Assembly: GCA_965198175.1 (NCBI GenBank)
Contig: OZ240245.1
Coordinates: 3,808,001-3,872,000, forward strand
Reading direction: 5' to 3'
DNA from: Candidatus Poribacteria bacterium
GTDB lineage: Bacteria; Poribacteria; WGA-4E; PCPOR2b
Length of the DNA: 64,000 bases
Part shown: one piece after another, positions 38,809 to 48,287 of the stretch
How the letters are laid out: every line of letters begins with the position of its first letter
Numbering within the stretch: position 1 is the first letter of the stretch
The notes under the pieces: model-generated
Seen by the model: only the letters and a program-made list of their open reading frames with translations
Database searches by the model: none
Told to the model about the DNA's origin: nothing
Program-made: the position numbers and the translations under genes

Positions 38809-39825
38809 TCAAAATTGACGGAGGAATCGCATGTCATTTTCAAAAATCAGCCGTAAGTCGGGGATGCCAAAGCGCAACATAGCGATTCGATCCACTCCCA
38901 TACCAAATGCGAAACCGGTGACTTGATTCGGATCGTAGTTAACGTAGCTAAAGACGTTTGGATGAACAGATCCAGCGCCCAAAATCTCGAGCCAACCCGT
39001 CCATGAACAGGTGCGACACCCCTTGCCACTGCAAACCGTGCAGGAGATATCGACTTCGGCACTCGGCTCTGTGAAGGGGAAGAAGTGGGGTCGGAAACGC
39101 ACGCGCGTTCCCTCTCCAAACATTTGTCTCGCAAAGGAATGGAGTACGCCTTTCAGATCGCTGAAGGTGACACGGTAATCAACAAGTAATCCTTCAACTT
39201 GGTGGAACATGGGTGTGTGTGATATGTCGTAATCGCGTCGATATGCCTTCCCCGGCACTATGATTCGCACCGGCGGCTTCTGTTTTTCCATGACGCGCAC
39301 CTGAACAGGCGAGGTATGCGTCCGCAGCAGGAGGCTATCTGTGATATAGAGCGTATCGTGGAGATCTCGCGCTGGATGATCTTCTGGTGTATTCAGTGCA
39401 TCAAAGTTGTAATATTCATGCTCAATCTCCGGCCCTTCTGCAATTTGGAAACCCATACCGCGGAAGATTTCCTGTATCCGTTCGAGCGACTGTGTCACTG
39501 GGTGCTTCTTGCCGATCTTTGGACGCCGCCCTGGAAGGGTGATGTCTATTTTTTCCACAGCAAGCTTCTGTTGGCGCTCTTGGTGGGCAAGGGTACTGGA
39601 AAGACAATCAAAAGCATCCGTAAGTCGAGTTCTCACTGTATTTGCAAGCTTGCCGACAATTGGTCGCTCTTCTTTGGAGAGCTTCCCCATCCCTTTCATC
39701 AGCGCAGTAAACGCCCCTTTGCGTCCAAAATACTTTATCCGAAGTGACTCAAGTTCAGCCAAATTTTCTACAATTTTCAGATTTTCAAGCGCTTCAGTCT
39801 CAATCTGTTTCAACTGCTTTTGCAC
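38809..39825 (-). CDS. pheS: Phenylalanine--tRNA ligase alpha subunit
   Basis: HPARDLHDT, LRTHTSPVQ, FPFTEPS, GFAFGMG. Confidence 0.97.
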   Translation of the reverse strand: MQKQLKQIETEALENLKIVENLAELESLRIKYFGRKGAFTALMKGMGKLSKEERPIVGKLANTVRTRLTDAFDCLSSTLAHQERQQKLAVEKIDITLPGRRPKIGKKHPVTQSLERIQEIFRGMGFQIAEGPEIEHEYYNFDALNTPEDHPARDLHDTLYITDSLLLRTHTSPVQVRVMEKQKPPVRIIVPGKAYRRDYDISHTPMFHQVEGLLVDYRVTFSDLKGVLHSFARQMFGEGTRVRFRPHFFPFTEPSAEVDISCTVCSGKGCRTCSWTGWLEILGAGSVHPNVFSYVNYDPNQVTGFAFGMGVDRIAMLRFGIPDLRLIFENDMRFLRQF

Positions 39826-39852
39826 CATTCCTCCAGCCAATCATAAACCCAA

Positions 39853-40142
39853 CAGAAAACGCCTGTCACTTCAGCCCATTAGGGACGAAAGCAACAGGCG
39901 CCAACTTTCGCGGTACCACCCTAGTTGACAGATTAAATATCTGTCCTCTTAATTGGTCGTTTCGATAACGGTGAAACTCCCGGCCCAAACCTACTTGTCC
40001 AACTCGTATTGCCAATTGACGTTCAGTTTGGCAGCTCCAAGATGAAATTCAGCAGCCGGTTCCAAAGATGCGCTTTCAGCCAGTGGCGCTCCCTCTCTAG
40101 TTGGAAGACTCCAACCGCTTACTTTGTCCCTTCATCGCCTTT
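39853..40142 (-). promoter_or_regulatory. T-box riboswitch (Phe specifier)
   Basis: Stem I with AGAGA and GCTGA motifs, specifier ...GAATTTCATC (UUC), T-box AGGGTGGTACCGCG pairing with CGTCCCT, terminator CGCCTGT...ACAGGCG-TTTT. Confidence 0.9.
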
Positions 40143-40249
40143 ACATTGCCATATTCAGTTTTTCAGTGTAGGAGGAATCAGTGGGATTATTTCTGAAATA
40201 GCGTTCTCAATGTAATTGAAATATATCTTCCTCGTCAACTAGCACTGCA

Positions 40250-40603
40250 TCAGCTTGACGCCTTCACAAGTGCTGCAATTTGAGCAAATCCCGTCTCGTC
40301 ATGAACCGCTAAGTCCGCGAGAACCTTACGATTAAGTTCAATTCCCGCTTTTTTTAGCCCATCCATGAATCGGTTATAGGATAAACCGTGCATTCTTGTT
40401 GCGGCATTGATACGAGCAATCCAAAGCCTTCTGAACTCCCGCTTACGGGTCCGTCTATGAGCGTACGCGTGATTCCAGCCTTTTTCGACCGCTTCCATGG
40501 CGGATCGCTTCAAGTTATTCCGCCCACCGCGATACCCTTTTGAGTGTTTTAAGATTCTTTTCCGATGTTTTACACGAACGCTACCTGTTTCAACTCTTGC
40601 CAT
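40250..40603 (-). CDS. rplT: 50S ribosomal protein L20
   Basis: [34 protein letters not shown]. Confidence 0.97.
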   Translation of the reverse strand: MARVETGSVRVKHRKRILKHSKGYRGGRNNLKRSAMEAVEKGWNHAYAHRRTRKREFRRLWIARINAATRMHGLSYNRFMDGLKKAGIELNRKVLADLAVHDETGFAQIAALVKASS

Positions 40604-40721
40604 TCTTGACCTCTTAAAGAAACAAAATCATGTGGGTGCGATTTCGAAAATATTACTGTTATCAATTCATAAGGCACGAACTTTGGCGATGCTTTTCGGG
40701 AGCTCAAAACGGACGCTGATA

Positions 40722-40916
40722 CTATTTAGCCAGTAAACGGTTTACCCTTTTCATATTGGTTGAATCTACGAGACTACTCTTTCTGAGCCTCCGTTTGCGT
40801 TTGCCGGTTTTTGACACGAAGAGGTGGTTAGAATAGGCTTGGAATCTACGGATTTTCCCACGCCCTGTACGCTTGAAACGTTTTGCCGCTCCCTTATGGG
40901 TTTTTATTTTTGGCAT
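40722..40916 (-). CDS. rpmI: 50S ribosomal protein L35
   Basis: MPKIKTHKGAAKRFKRTG. Confidence 0.97.
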   Translation of the reverse strand: MPKIKTHKGAAKRFKRTGRGKIRRFQAYSNHLFVSKTGKRKRRLRKSSLVDSTNMKRVNRLLAK

Positions 40917-40970
40917 TTATCAAATCCCTTGGTTATGAATGTCCAACTAAACGTCCATATCACAACTACA

Positions 40971-41522
40971 CTACGACGATTTTGGTCCTATGATTATAAA
41001 CATTGTTCTCGTTTCCATTCGAGGGGATTGCTCAATCTCCCCAACATCTGCAAGGTCGTCTGCGAAGCGTTGCAGCATTTTGCGACCAAGGTCAGTGTGC
41101 ATCATCTCACGCCCTTTGAACCGAACTGTTGTTTTGACCTTCCAGCCATTCAATAAAAATTCCCGGGCATGCCGTATCTTAAATTGAAAGTCGTGGTCGC
41201 CGGTCCTTACAGAGTTAAATTTTATTTCTTTTAGGACAACTTTCGCTTGTTTCTTCTTAGCTTCTTTTGCCCGTTTGCTCTTCTCATATTGAAATTTCCC
41301 GTAATCCATAATCTTACAAACGGGCGGATCAGCATTTGGGGAAACTTCCACCAAGTCAAGTCCCTTTTCTTGAGCAATTTGCAACGCCTCGCGAGGCAGC
41401 ATCGCGCTGAGCTGCTTGTTATCCGAATCAATGACGAAAACCTGTCTAGCTCGGATTCGCTCATTCACTCTATTTTGTGGTTCCCGGGGCTTCCCTCGGC
41501 CACGGTTGCCTTTTTTCTGAAT
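40971..41522 (-). CDS. infC: Translation initiation factor IF-3 (probable ATT start)
   Basis: NERIRA, LDLVEV...PPVCKIMDYGK, FKGREM; SD GGAGGTG is 6 nt upstream of an in-frame ATT at 41522. Confidence 0.93.
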   Translation of the reverse strand: MQKKGNRGRGKPREPQNRVNERIRARQVFVIDSDNKQLSAMLPREALQIAQEKGLDLVEVSPNADPPVCKIMDYGKFQYEKSKRAKEAKKKQAKVVLKEIKFNSVRTGDHDFQFKIRHAREFLLNGWKVKTTVRFKGREMMHTDLGRKMLQRFADDLADVGEIEQSPRMETRTMFIIIGPKSS

Positions 41523-41890
41523 TTTATACACCTCCATGTATGCAATCAATAAACCTTACAAAAAATCACAGGATAAAATTTGCTGTGTTTGAAAAGCAAC
41601 TAGCGGCTGTTTCGCGAATTACCACAAAATCTGGACTTACAGTTTGTTGGGTTCAATAGATGATGGAATTTTGGGCAAAAAACATAGTGTATTGTAGCAT
41701 ATCCCAATTGATAAATGCAAGGCAAAATCCGTTGACTATTCTCATATTGCAGGCATCCGGATATCGTTATGGAAGGCGTACAGCATTCGGGGAACGCTTT
41801 GACTTCATGGATTCATACCTTGTATCTCAACAGCTAAACTCGATTACAGCAAAATGGGTTTTTGGAACAGGCTTGTGTTTTCTATCGTGT

Positions 41891-42928
41891 TTACCGACTG
41901 GTTGATTGACTAATTCTCTCGGGATAGCGGCAGTCAATAGGTCTTCCGGTTTCAACAGACTGATATGCCGCTAGTGCAATTTCCACAGCCGCACGTCCAT
42001 CCGCCCCGGTGATTGGTGGCGTTGTATCGTTGAGGACCGCGTCGACAAACGCCCGGATCTCGTGGCAGACTGGTTCTTCTACCTTAATTTCAGAGATTGG
42101 AATGCGCTTTTCCTCGCCTTCAAATGCTTTAACACGGATTGCTGCATCTCCGCCCCAAATCTGCGGGAAATAGATTGAGCCTTTTTTGCAATCAACACGC
42201 CCGCCGTACCCACCAATAGCAGAGACGTGACTTGAGTGAAGCACCCCAACCCCTCCGCTCTCGAACGTTAACGAAGCGAGAATGACATCGGGATAGTCGG
42301 CTTCCTGCTGAACGTATGTACCGCCTATGGCATAAACGGTTTTGACTTCTCCGCATGTCCACCGCATGAAATCAATCTCGTGAGCACTAATCTCCATAAG
42401 AGATCCGCCTGACTTATCGCGCTGAAAACGCCAGTTTGTCCCATAGCTTTCGCGCTGCCAAGGCCCTCCAATCCGATGCATTACCATGCAAACAGGATTT
42501 CCCAGCTGACCACTGTGAACGATTTCACGCACCTTTGAGTGTGTGGCGTGAAATCGACAAACCAATCCAATTGTCAATTTCACATCGTTCCTCTGAGCGG
42601 CTTGAATCATCGCATCACAGTCTTCCAGTGTAGGCGCCATCGGTTTTTCAGAGAAAACGTGCCTACCCGCATTTGCGGCATCAACAGCCATTTGACGGTG
42701 CATAAACGGTGGCGATGCAATTAACACACCCTGTATGCGCTCATCTGACAGTAGGTCATTGTAATCGAGATTGTACTCGGCGTGAACCTCAGCTGCCAGT
42801 TTCTTAGCACGACGCTCATCTAGATCGCTAACACGTAGAACATCGACGTGCTCAAGCGCTTGCGCACTATGTGCAAGGCTTCTGCCCATAACGCCGCAAC
42901 CAATCACACCAACTCCAAACCTATCCAT
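41891..42928 (-). CDS. Gfo/Idh/MocA oxidoreductase
   Basis: VIGCGVMG, HVFSEKP, GGSLME..AHEID. Confidence 0.9.
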   Translation of the reverse strand: MDRFGVGVIGCGVMGRSLAHSAQALEHVDVLRVSDLDERRAKKLAAEVHAEYNLDYNDLLSDERIQGVLIASPPFMHRQMAVDAANAGRHVFSEKPMAPTLEDCDAMIQAAQRNDVKLTIGLVCRFHATHSKVREIVHSGQLGNPVCMVMHRIGGPWQRESYGTNWRFQRDKSGGSLMEISAHEIDFMRWTCGEVKTVYAIGGTYVQQEADYPDVILASLTFESGGVGVLHSSHVSAIGGYGGRVDCKKGSIYFPQIWGGDAAIRVKAFEGEEKRIPISEIKVEEPVCHEIRAFVDAVLNDTTPPITGADGRAAVEIALAAYQSVETGRPIDCRYPERISQSTSR

Positions 42929-43134
42929 AAAGTGTCCTCTACTCACAATGCCATCAGTTTTTCTAGAGTATAGCATATTAAGCTCTAAAAACGAATCCTA
43001 TTTGCGCTGAAACCGAAGTGATGAGTGGACGCATTAAGCATTTCTTCCTTTCCTCACCTCTCTATAGAAGAAAATTCGCGAAACTTGAAAGGGTGGCTTA
43101 GTCTATTTAGGTATCACTTTTGCTACAGGTCGCA

Positions 43135-43340
43135 TGACCATTACTACACTTTTTGAGCGCCAATTCAAAACCTACGCTCGCAGATACCAGCTGTAAGTAG
43201 ACCTTGGTTAGTAATCGGTGAATAGGAGGGAAAAGGACAACGTGGCAGATGGCAACATCAATTAAGGTGACAATTGATTCTCCCTTTTCCCTTTCCGTAT
43301 GCCCTCTGATTCACTGCTCGATTTTCTAGCTTGGCGCGGA
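43135..43340 (+). ncRNA. Candidate structured small RNA
   Basis: Nested complementarity around ~43265 and a sigma54-like box AGGTAT-CACTT-TTGCT at 43109-43124; no long ORF. Confidence 0.3.
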
Positions 43341-43536
43341 TTTGAAGAACTTTGCGGGATTATGACTGAAAAACAGGAAGGGTAGGCGACCCAAAATTAG
43401 GAGGTATTCGATCGATATTTCTTGAAACTTATCGCAGAATAGAGGGTATAATTTTACAGTAAGTCAGATGTCAACAAGGTAGTCTGTTAGATTAAGCCTC
43501 TATCAGGATCCCTAGCTCAATGGCACTGGAAAATTA

Positions 43537-43552
43537 TGGCATATAACTTGCT
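43537..43552 (+). promoter_or_regulatory. Sigma54 promoter
   Basis: TGGCAT-ATAAC-TTGCT, about 30 bp upstream of SD AGGAGG/ATG 43585. Confidence 0.75.
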
Positions 43553-43584
43553 AAGTTGTCCCAGAGCAAAAGGAGGAAAGTACA

Positions 43585-44373
43585 ATGAAATTACTCGGGC
43601 TACAAGTCAGCAGTCTTTGCCTCGCCGTTTTCTTGGTTATAGATTTCGCTGCATCAGGCGATGCAGGAGTTGAAACAATCCAAATCGAGCTTTCAGGTTT
43701 CGTCAGCAATGACGATGCCCGCCAGATTCGGCGCTTGATAAAACCGTGGGCAAATCCAGAAGATGTGGTGTTTAAACCTGCTTACGACAAGAAGAAGCGA
43801 AAACTCCATTTCACAACAGTGGTTGAAATTACCCCACGACGGGGTAAGAATAAATATAGCGAACATCACACTTTTGACGTGTATAATATTATACGGCAAC
43901 TGAACGACCAGCGTTTCCGAGGGAGTCAGATTGGACTGCGCCCCAGGGTTGCCAAAAGCGAAGTCACGGTGACGGGAAGCCTCTTTGCCCACGCCGGCTG
44001 GTCACGCAGTTATCTCCGCAACGTTCCGTTTTGGAGGCGTTGGCGTGCTGAAACATCAGTCGTCAATCATGCGATGGTTGCGGGCCGTTGGGATCAGAAA
44101 ATTGTATTTAGCAATAACGACAAGTTCGACCAGTTAAGACAAGAAGCAAGTAGAGGTCAAGGAGATGAGATGGTTGAGGTCAAAGGGAAGATTGTAGGAT
44201 TTGATGGCCCCTACCCTGTGATGTCTATCCGAAAATTTAGCGTGGATTACAGTGTTGAACCGCACTCAAGAGAAAAAGCAAAAAAGCAGCCGAATGAGTC
44301 TTATGAATATTTAGAAGAAGCTCTTGAGGAATCAGGTGAAAAGCCTCAAGATGCGTCAAAAACCAGCGAATAA
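43585..44373 (+). CDS. Hypothetical secreted protein
   Basis: Strong SD, signal-like N-terminus, 262 aa; no family recognised. Confidence 0.75.
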   Translation: MKLLGLQVSSLCLAVFLVIDFAASGDAGVETIQIELSGFVSNDDARQIRRLIKPWANPEDVVFKPAYDKKKRKLHFTTVVEITPRRGKNKYSEHHTFDVYNIIRQLNDQRFRGSQIGLRPRVAKSEVTVTGSLFAHAGWSRSYLRNVPFWRRWRAETSVVNHAMVAGRWDQKIVFSNNDKFDQLRQEASRGQGDEMVEVKGKIVGFDGPYPVMSIRKFSVDYSVEPHSREKAKKQPNESYEYLEEALEESGEKPQDASKTSE

Positions 44374-44755
44374 ATAGCTATCAGCCTCTTAAAGATCAGG
44401 GCTTGTCCAGCCAAAATGGGTTTGGTGTCACCAGTCCTATTTGAATTCAGTGTGTCCGACAAAAAAATTTCAGAGATGAAGAATAGGATTGCGAGATAAA
44501 CATGTTTTCTCCGCTGCTCAATTCATCAGTGTAATGTTGCATCCACCCCGCCTCCTGTCTACATTTGACCATGATACAATTATGACCATTCGAGCATCCA
44601 GAGGTCAATTGAAAATCCATGACTACTGCACCCATTTGGCATGATACTGGTGGTAATTTCAATAACGCTTGATTTCCTCGCCTTTCATTGTGTAAAATCC
44701 TCTTTTATACGCGACAAACCCGAAAAGCAAATCTTTAACCCGTTCAACCAAATTG

Positions 44756-45972
44756 ATGGGAGAAAATCTCTGTTTACAAAACCATTTAGTGAAATCGAAT
44801 TTGATGACATTGAAGCGTTTTGCGAAAAATGGCCCGAGGGTGTACGTGTTGAATACAAAAGACAGATTCCTAACACAATTCCTAAAAGCGTGTCGTCTTT
44901 TGCAAACACGTTGGGTGGAATTTTGATATTTGGCGTCGAGACCAATGAAAACAATAAAGCTATATTGCCCATTGAAGGTATGCCCTCTGATCGTGGAATG
45001 CAAGAACGAATTGAAGAAAGTGCATTCACTGGGATTTATCCTCCTGTCACCCAAGAAGTGAAAGTTTGCGATGTGCCAGACAAAAACGGCAACGTCGTTG
45101 TACTTGTTCGCGTCAATGAAAGCCCTGAAGCTCCACACGCAATTCAAAATAAGACGAAAGTTTATCTTCGTGTCGGAAGTACCACCCAACCGGCAGACAT
45201 TGACAGAATTGAATACATGCTGAAACGGAGAGAGAAACCGCAAGAACTCAGTAACCGAATTATAAATCGGATTAAGGAGCGGATAGCTGATTACTGGTGT
45301 TTAACAAGCCAGCCAGTTCCGAACCTTACCCTGATTGCACGCCCTTTATTTCCCTATCGCCCTTTAATCTCATCTTCGGAGATTTACGAGTATTTGCGAG
45401 TAGGAAGGTCAAATCGCCTGAGTCCTATCCCATTTAATGATCATGACCCCAACTTTGGCACAAGACAAGTTATCGGTGGCGTCTGTTTCGTGGGCTCCGC
45501 AATACCATATTGGGAATAAAATGAACACGGCATCATTTATTTAAGGGAAAAGCTACATAAAATCCCGTTGAAAGCTGTTCACGTCCCCAAAGATGACGAA
45601 CAGAATGAGTATCTTACGCTTCGTGACTTTCTTAAGAATCATTTCTACCTGATTGAAGTGGCTAAAGATTTTTACCAGAAATGCCAGTATTTAGGTGATG
45701 TTGAGATTACAGCAAAATTGCGCGAGGTGCGTGGCGAAAGACTTATGTTTGGTGACGAATTTCGTTATAATCCAATTCAAACACGAGAGTCTCTAGACTC
45801 CGAGATTTCGTCTTCTATTAAATGTTGTGCTCGTGAACTCATGGAATCCGAAAAGGCTAACAATGTCATTGTTAATTCACTGAGTCAGCTTCTTTGGGGC
45901 TTTAATGTTCTGCCCGGCGCATGGGAATCGACGGTGCGCGAGATGTTGGAGCAATGGCGACGGCAATCCTAG
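44756..45972 (+). pseudogene. AlbA_2 (Schlafen-like) domain protein, nonsense-split
   Basis: EGVRVEYK...VSSFANTLGGILIFGV...PH...YLRVG. TAA at 45517-45519 (YWE*NEHG) is in frame with ORF 45568-45972. ATG 44756 appears shifted by 2 nt (AATCTCTG). Confidence 0.75.
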
Positions 45973-46092
45973 ATTCTCCGTGCTTGGGGCGAGCCCAGTG
46001 GTTGAGCACGGCTATCCACAATTGACTCATGCACAATAATGGAGTAACCTATTCAAACGGACTTGCTTATTCAAACAGGAAAGGGAAAATCA

Positions 46093-46266
46093 ATGAATGA
46101 CACTTTGGAAATTGTCAATCAGCAGGGTGAAACGAGAATCAAATTGACCACCGACGACGAAGGTGGCAGGTTAGTGCTTGTAGGAGCTGACGGGGACACT
46201 ACTATCACCTTACGGTTTGAGCGCGCGCCGGAGGGCAAATTGTTCGGTGTGGTTCAGGGGCTTTAA
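46093..46266 (+). CDS. Small protein made of the same beta-repeat unit as the next gene
   Basis: LEIVNQQGETRIKLTTDDEGGRLVLVGADG resembles the downstream GG.V.V.GKDGK repeat. Confidence 0.5.
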   Translation: MNDTLEIVNQQGETRIKLTTDDEGGRLVLVGADGDTTITLRFERAPEGKLFGVVQGL

Positions 46267-46340
46267 CCGCCGGTTCGGCGTCAATATCACCTTTCATCGG
46301 CGCCGGACTTCAACCATTACAACAAGGGAGGATTTTCGCG

Positions 46341-47183
46341 ATGTTTACGTTTCAGAACTGGAAGGTCAAGTTGGCTTATGCGGGGTTCGGTTGTCTGTTC
46401 GGGTCGCTTTGCACGATAATGGGGATGTTGGCGTCACCTGTCACGGCCCAACGCGATAAATTCGGAGAGATTGAGTGTACCAAGCTGACGGTCGTTGATG
46501 CGGAGGGCAAAGCGCATGTGGTTCTTAGTACGAATTGGCGGGATTGCCTAGTGGACACGCAGGTAATACGGCTTGGTTCAGGTCTTTTCGACGGCGGGTG
46601 TGTCTCTGTCTTGGGCAAAGATGGGAAAACGAAGGCGGAACTTAGTGCATATTCATGGGGCGGGCGTGTCTTTGTCTTGGGCAAAGATGGGAAAGCGAAG
46701 GCGGAACTCAGTGTCCATGAAGACGGCGGGTTTTTCTCTGTCTTGGGCAAAGATGGGAAAGCGAAGGCGGAACTCAGTGCCCAAGAAGACGGTGGGCGCG
46801 TCGGTGTCTGGGGCAAAGATGGGAAATCGAAGGCGTGGCTCGATTCCGATAAATACGGCGGGTATGTCGGCGTCTGGGACAAAAACGGGCGATGGAAGGC
46901 GTCGCTCGGTGTCAATGAACACGGCGGGGTTGTCGATGTCGGCGGCGATGTCTATGACGGCACAGGTAGGATGCTATCAAAAGCGTCGCTCGGTGTCGAT
47001 GAACATGGTGGGCGTGTTGATGTCTTTGGTAAAGATGGGAGAGGGAGGGCGTGGCTCCGTGTTACTAAAGATGGCGGGCGTGTTCAAGTCAATGGCAAAA
47101 GTGAAGGTGCGGCTGTCGTTGGCATTAACGAATACGGCAACGGCGCTGTCAGCACATGGGACAAAGACGGGAAAAGGCAGTGA
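46341..47183 (+). CDS. Membrane-anchored/secreted 22-aa Gly-rich repeat protein
   Basis: SD GGAGG, hydrophobic N-terminus, then GG.V.V.GKDGK.KA.L repeats. Confidence 0.8.
   Translation: MFTFQNWKVKLAYAGFGCLFGSLCTIMGMLASPVTAQRDKFGEIECTKLTVVDAEGKAHVVLSTNWRDCLVDTQVIRLGSGLFDGGCVSVLGKDGKTKAELSAYSWGGRVFVLGKDGKAKAELSVHEDGGFFSVLGKDGKAKAELSAQEDGGRVGVWGKDGKSKAWLDSDKYGGYVGVWDKNGRWKASLGVNEHGGVVDVGGDVYDGTGRMLSKASLGVDEHGGRVDVFGKDGRGRAWLRVTKDGGRVQVNGKSEGAAVVGINEYGNGAVSTWDKDGKRQ
46593..46922 (+). repeat. 66-bp coding tandem repeat (5 clear units, more diverged units follow)
   Basis: Recurrent GTCTTGGGCAAAGATGGGAAA at 66-bp spacing. Confidence 0.85.
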
Positions 47184-47203
47184 AAAATGGTTGCCAGCGA
47201 TCT

Positions 47204-47455
47204 GTTCTTGTAGGTTGGATTGAGATCAACTGAGCGAATAGATCAAGCGAACGAATGGTGAGTGCGATAGTCGCTCCTAGCTAGGCGATAGCCTTCTGCG
47301 AAACCCACTGCCTCTCATTGCCTCAAACACAACCACGAATCCAAACCCCGCACCGCACGAAGTGTATGACCAATTAATGCCGGCGTTTTGGCATCTGAAT
47401 GCGACCGAGATGGACAGGTTGTCCGCCTGAAATCCCATTCATCCAAGTCCAAAGG
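47204..47455. repeat. REP-initiated ~250-bp element, copy A
   Basis: GTTCTTGTAGGTTGG.TTGAGATC.ACTGAGCGAATAG...TCATTGCCTC.AACA.AACCACGA...ATTCATC...GTCCAAAGG, shared with 47997-48232. Confidence 0.75.
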
Positions 47456-47600
47456 CTGCAAGTAAGTTCAGGTCCGTCCTTCTTTAAACACTGGACAGAC
47501 TTCTTCCTTAACTATAAAACGGAGTATTTCTTGAAAACTAATGGCTAGATGGTCGGCTGGTGTTAATTGGCGTTTAGGTTTCGACATGGATTGTGTCCTT

Positions 47601-47903
47601 TCAAGCCACTTCTACAACAGCACGCAATTCTTGATTTGACAATCTATTAAACAATATCTGTGCCCGATTGTATTTGGGATCGTCAAATGACTGGAAAGTT
47701 ACCGATGGCCCTTCGGGCGGTGGCCAATCACGAGAGATATCCGGAAATGTGTCCTCCCACGGATCCTCCATATCTCTCAATACGTCATCATCGCCGGCAA
47801 TGCGAGCATCACCATTCCACATTGCTCGCAAAGCTAACACATCGTCCGAGTCCATGTTGTAATTCGACATAACCTCTTCAATGGTTGGGGCTTGCATTGG
47901 CAT
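47601..47903 (-). CDS. Acidic hypothetical protein
   Basis: SD AGGAG, 98-100 aa, D/E-rich; no family recognised. Confidence 0.55.
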   Translation of the reverse strand: MPMQAPTIEEVMSNYNMDSDDVLALRAMWNGDARIAGDDDVLRDMEDPWEDTFPDISRDWPPPEGPSVTFQSFDDPKYNRAQILFNRLSNQELRAVVEVA

Positions 47904-47996
47904 GTCTCCTAGTGGTTGGGCGACGGTGATGTCCGATTACAGGCTATCCTCATCACGCGGTGAGTTGCATAACGGAACGTCCCGCCATCAATTTCA

Positions 47997-48232
47997 GTTC
48001 TTGTAGGTTGGGTTGAGATCGACTGAGCGAATAGCGAAGGATCGAGCTAACGATTAGCGGGTGCTATAGTCTTACTAGTATTTTCCAATACCAACGCTTT
48101 TCATTGCCTCGAACAAAACCACGATTCCCAACCCCCGATTGCACAAGGCAATTTCCAATAATTACCGGTGTTTAAACCTGACCAGGTGGGAAAAGTTCTC
48201 CACCGTAAATTTTATTCATCGCTGTCCAAAGG
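47997..48232. repeat. REP-initiated ~250-bp element, copy B
   Basis: Direct-orientation diverged copy of 47204-47455. Confidence 0.75.
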
Positions 48233-48287
48233 AAGGGAATAATTTAACCTTACAATTCTTGACAACTGAAGCGACAAGTGGTATTCG

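Noticed and set aside
43241..43266. ADGNIN* as a tmRNA tag
   Set aside because: No tRNA-like ends or hydrophobic AA-type tail.
47204..48232. Repeats as integron attC sites
   Set aside because: No clear RYYYAAC...GTTRRRY core pairs with L-box structure, and no integrase in the window.
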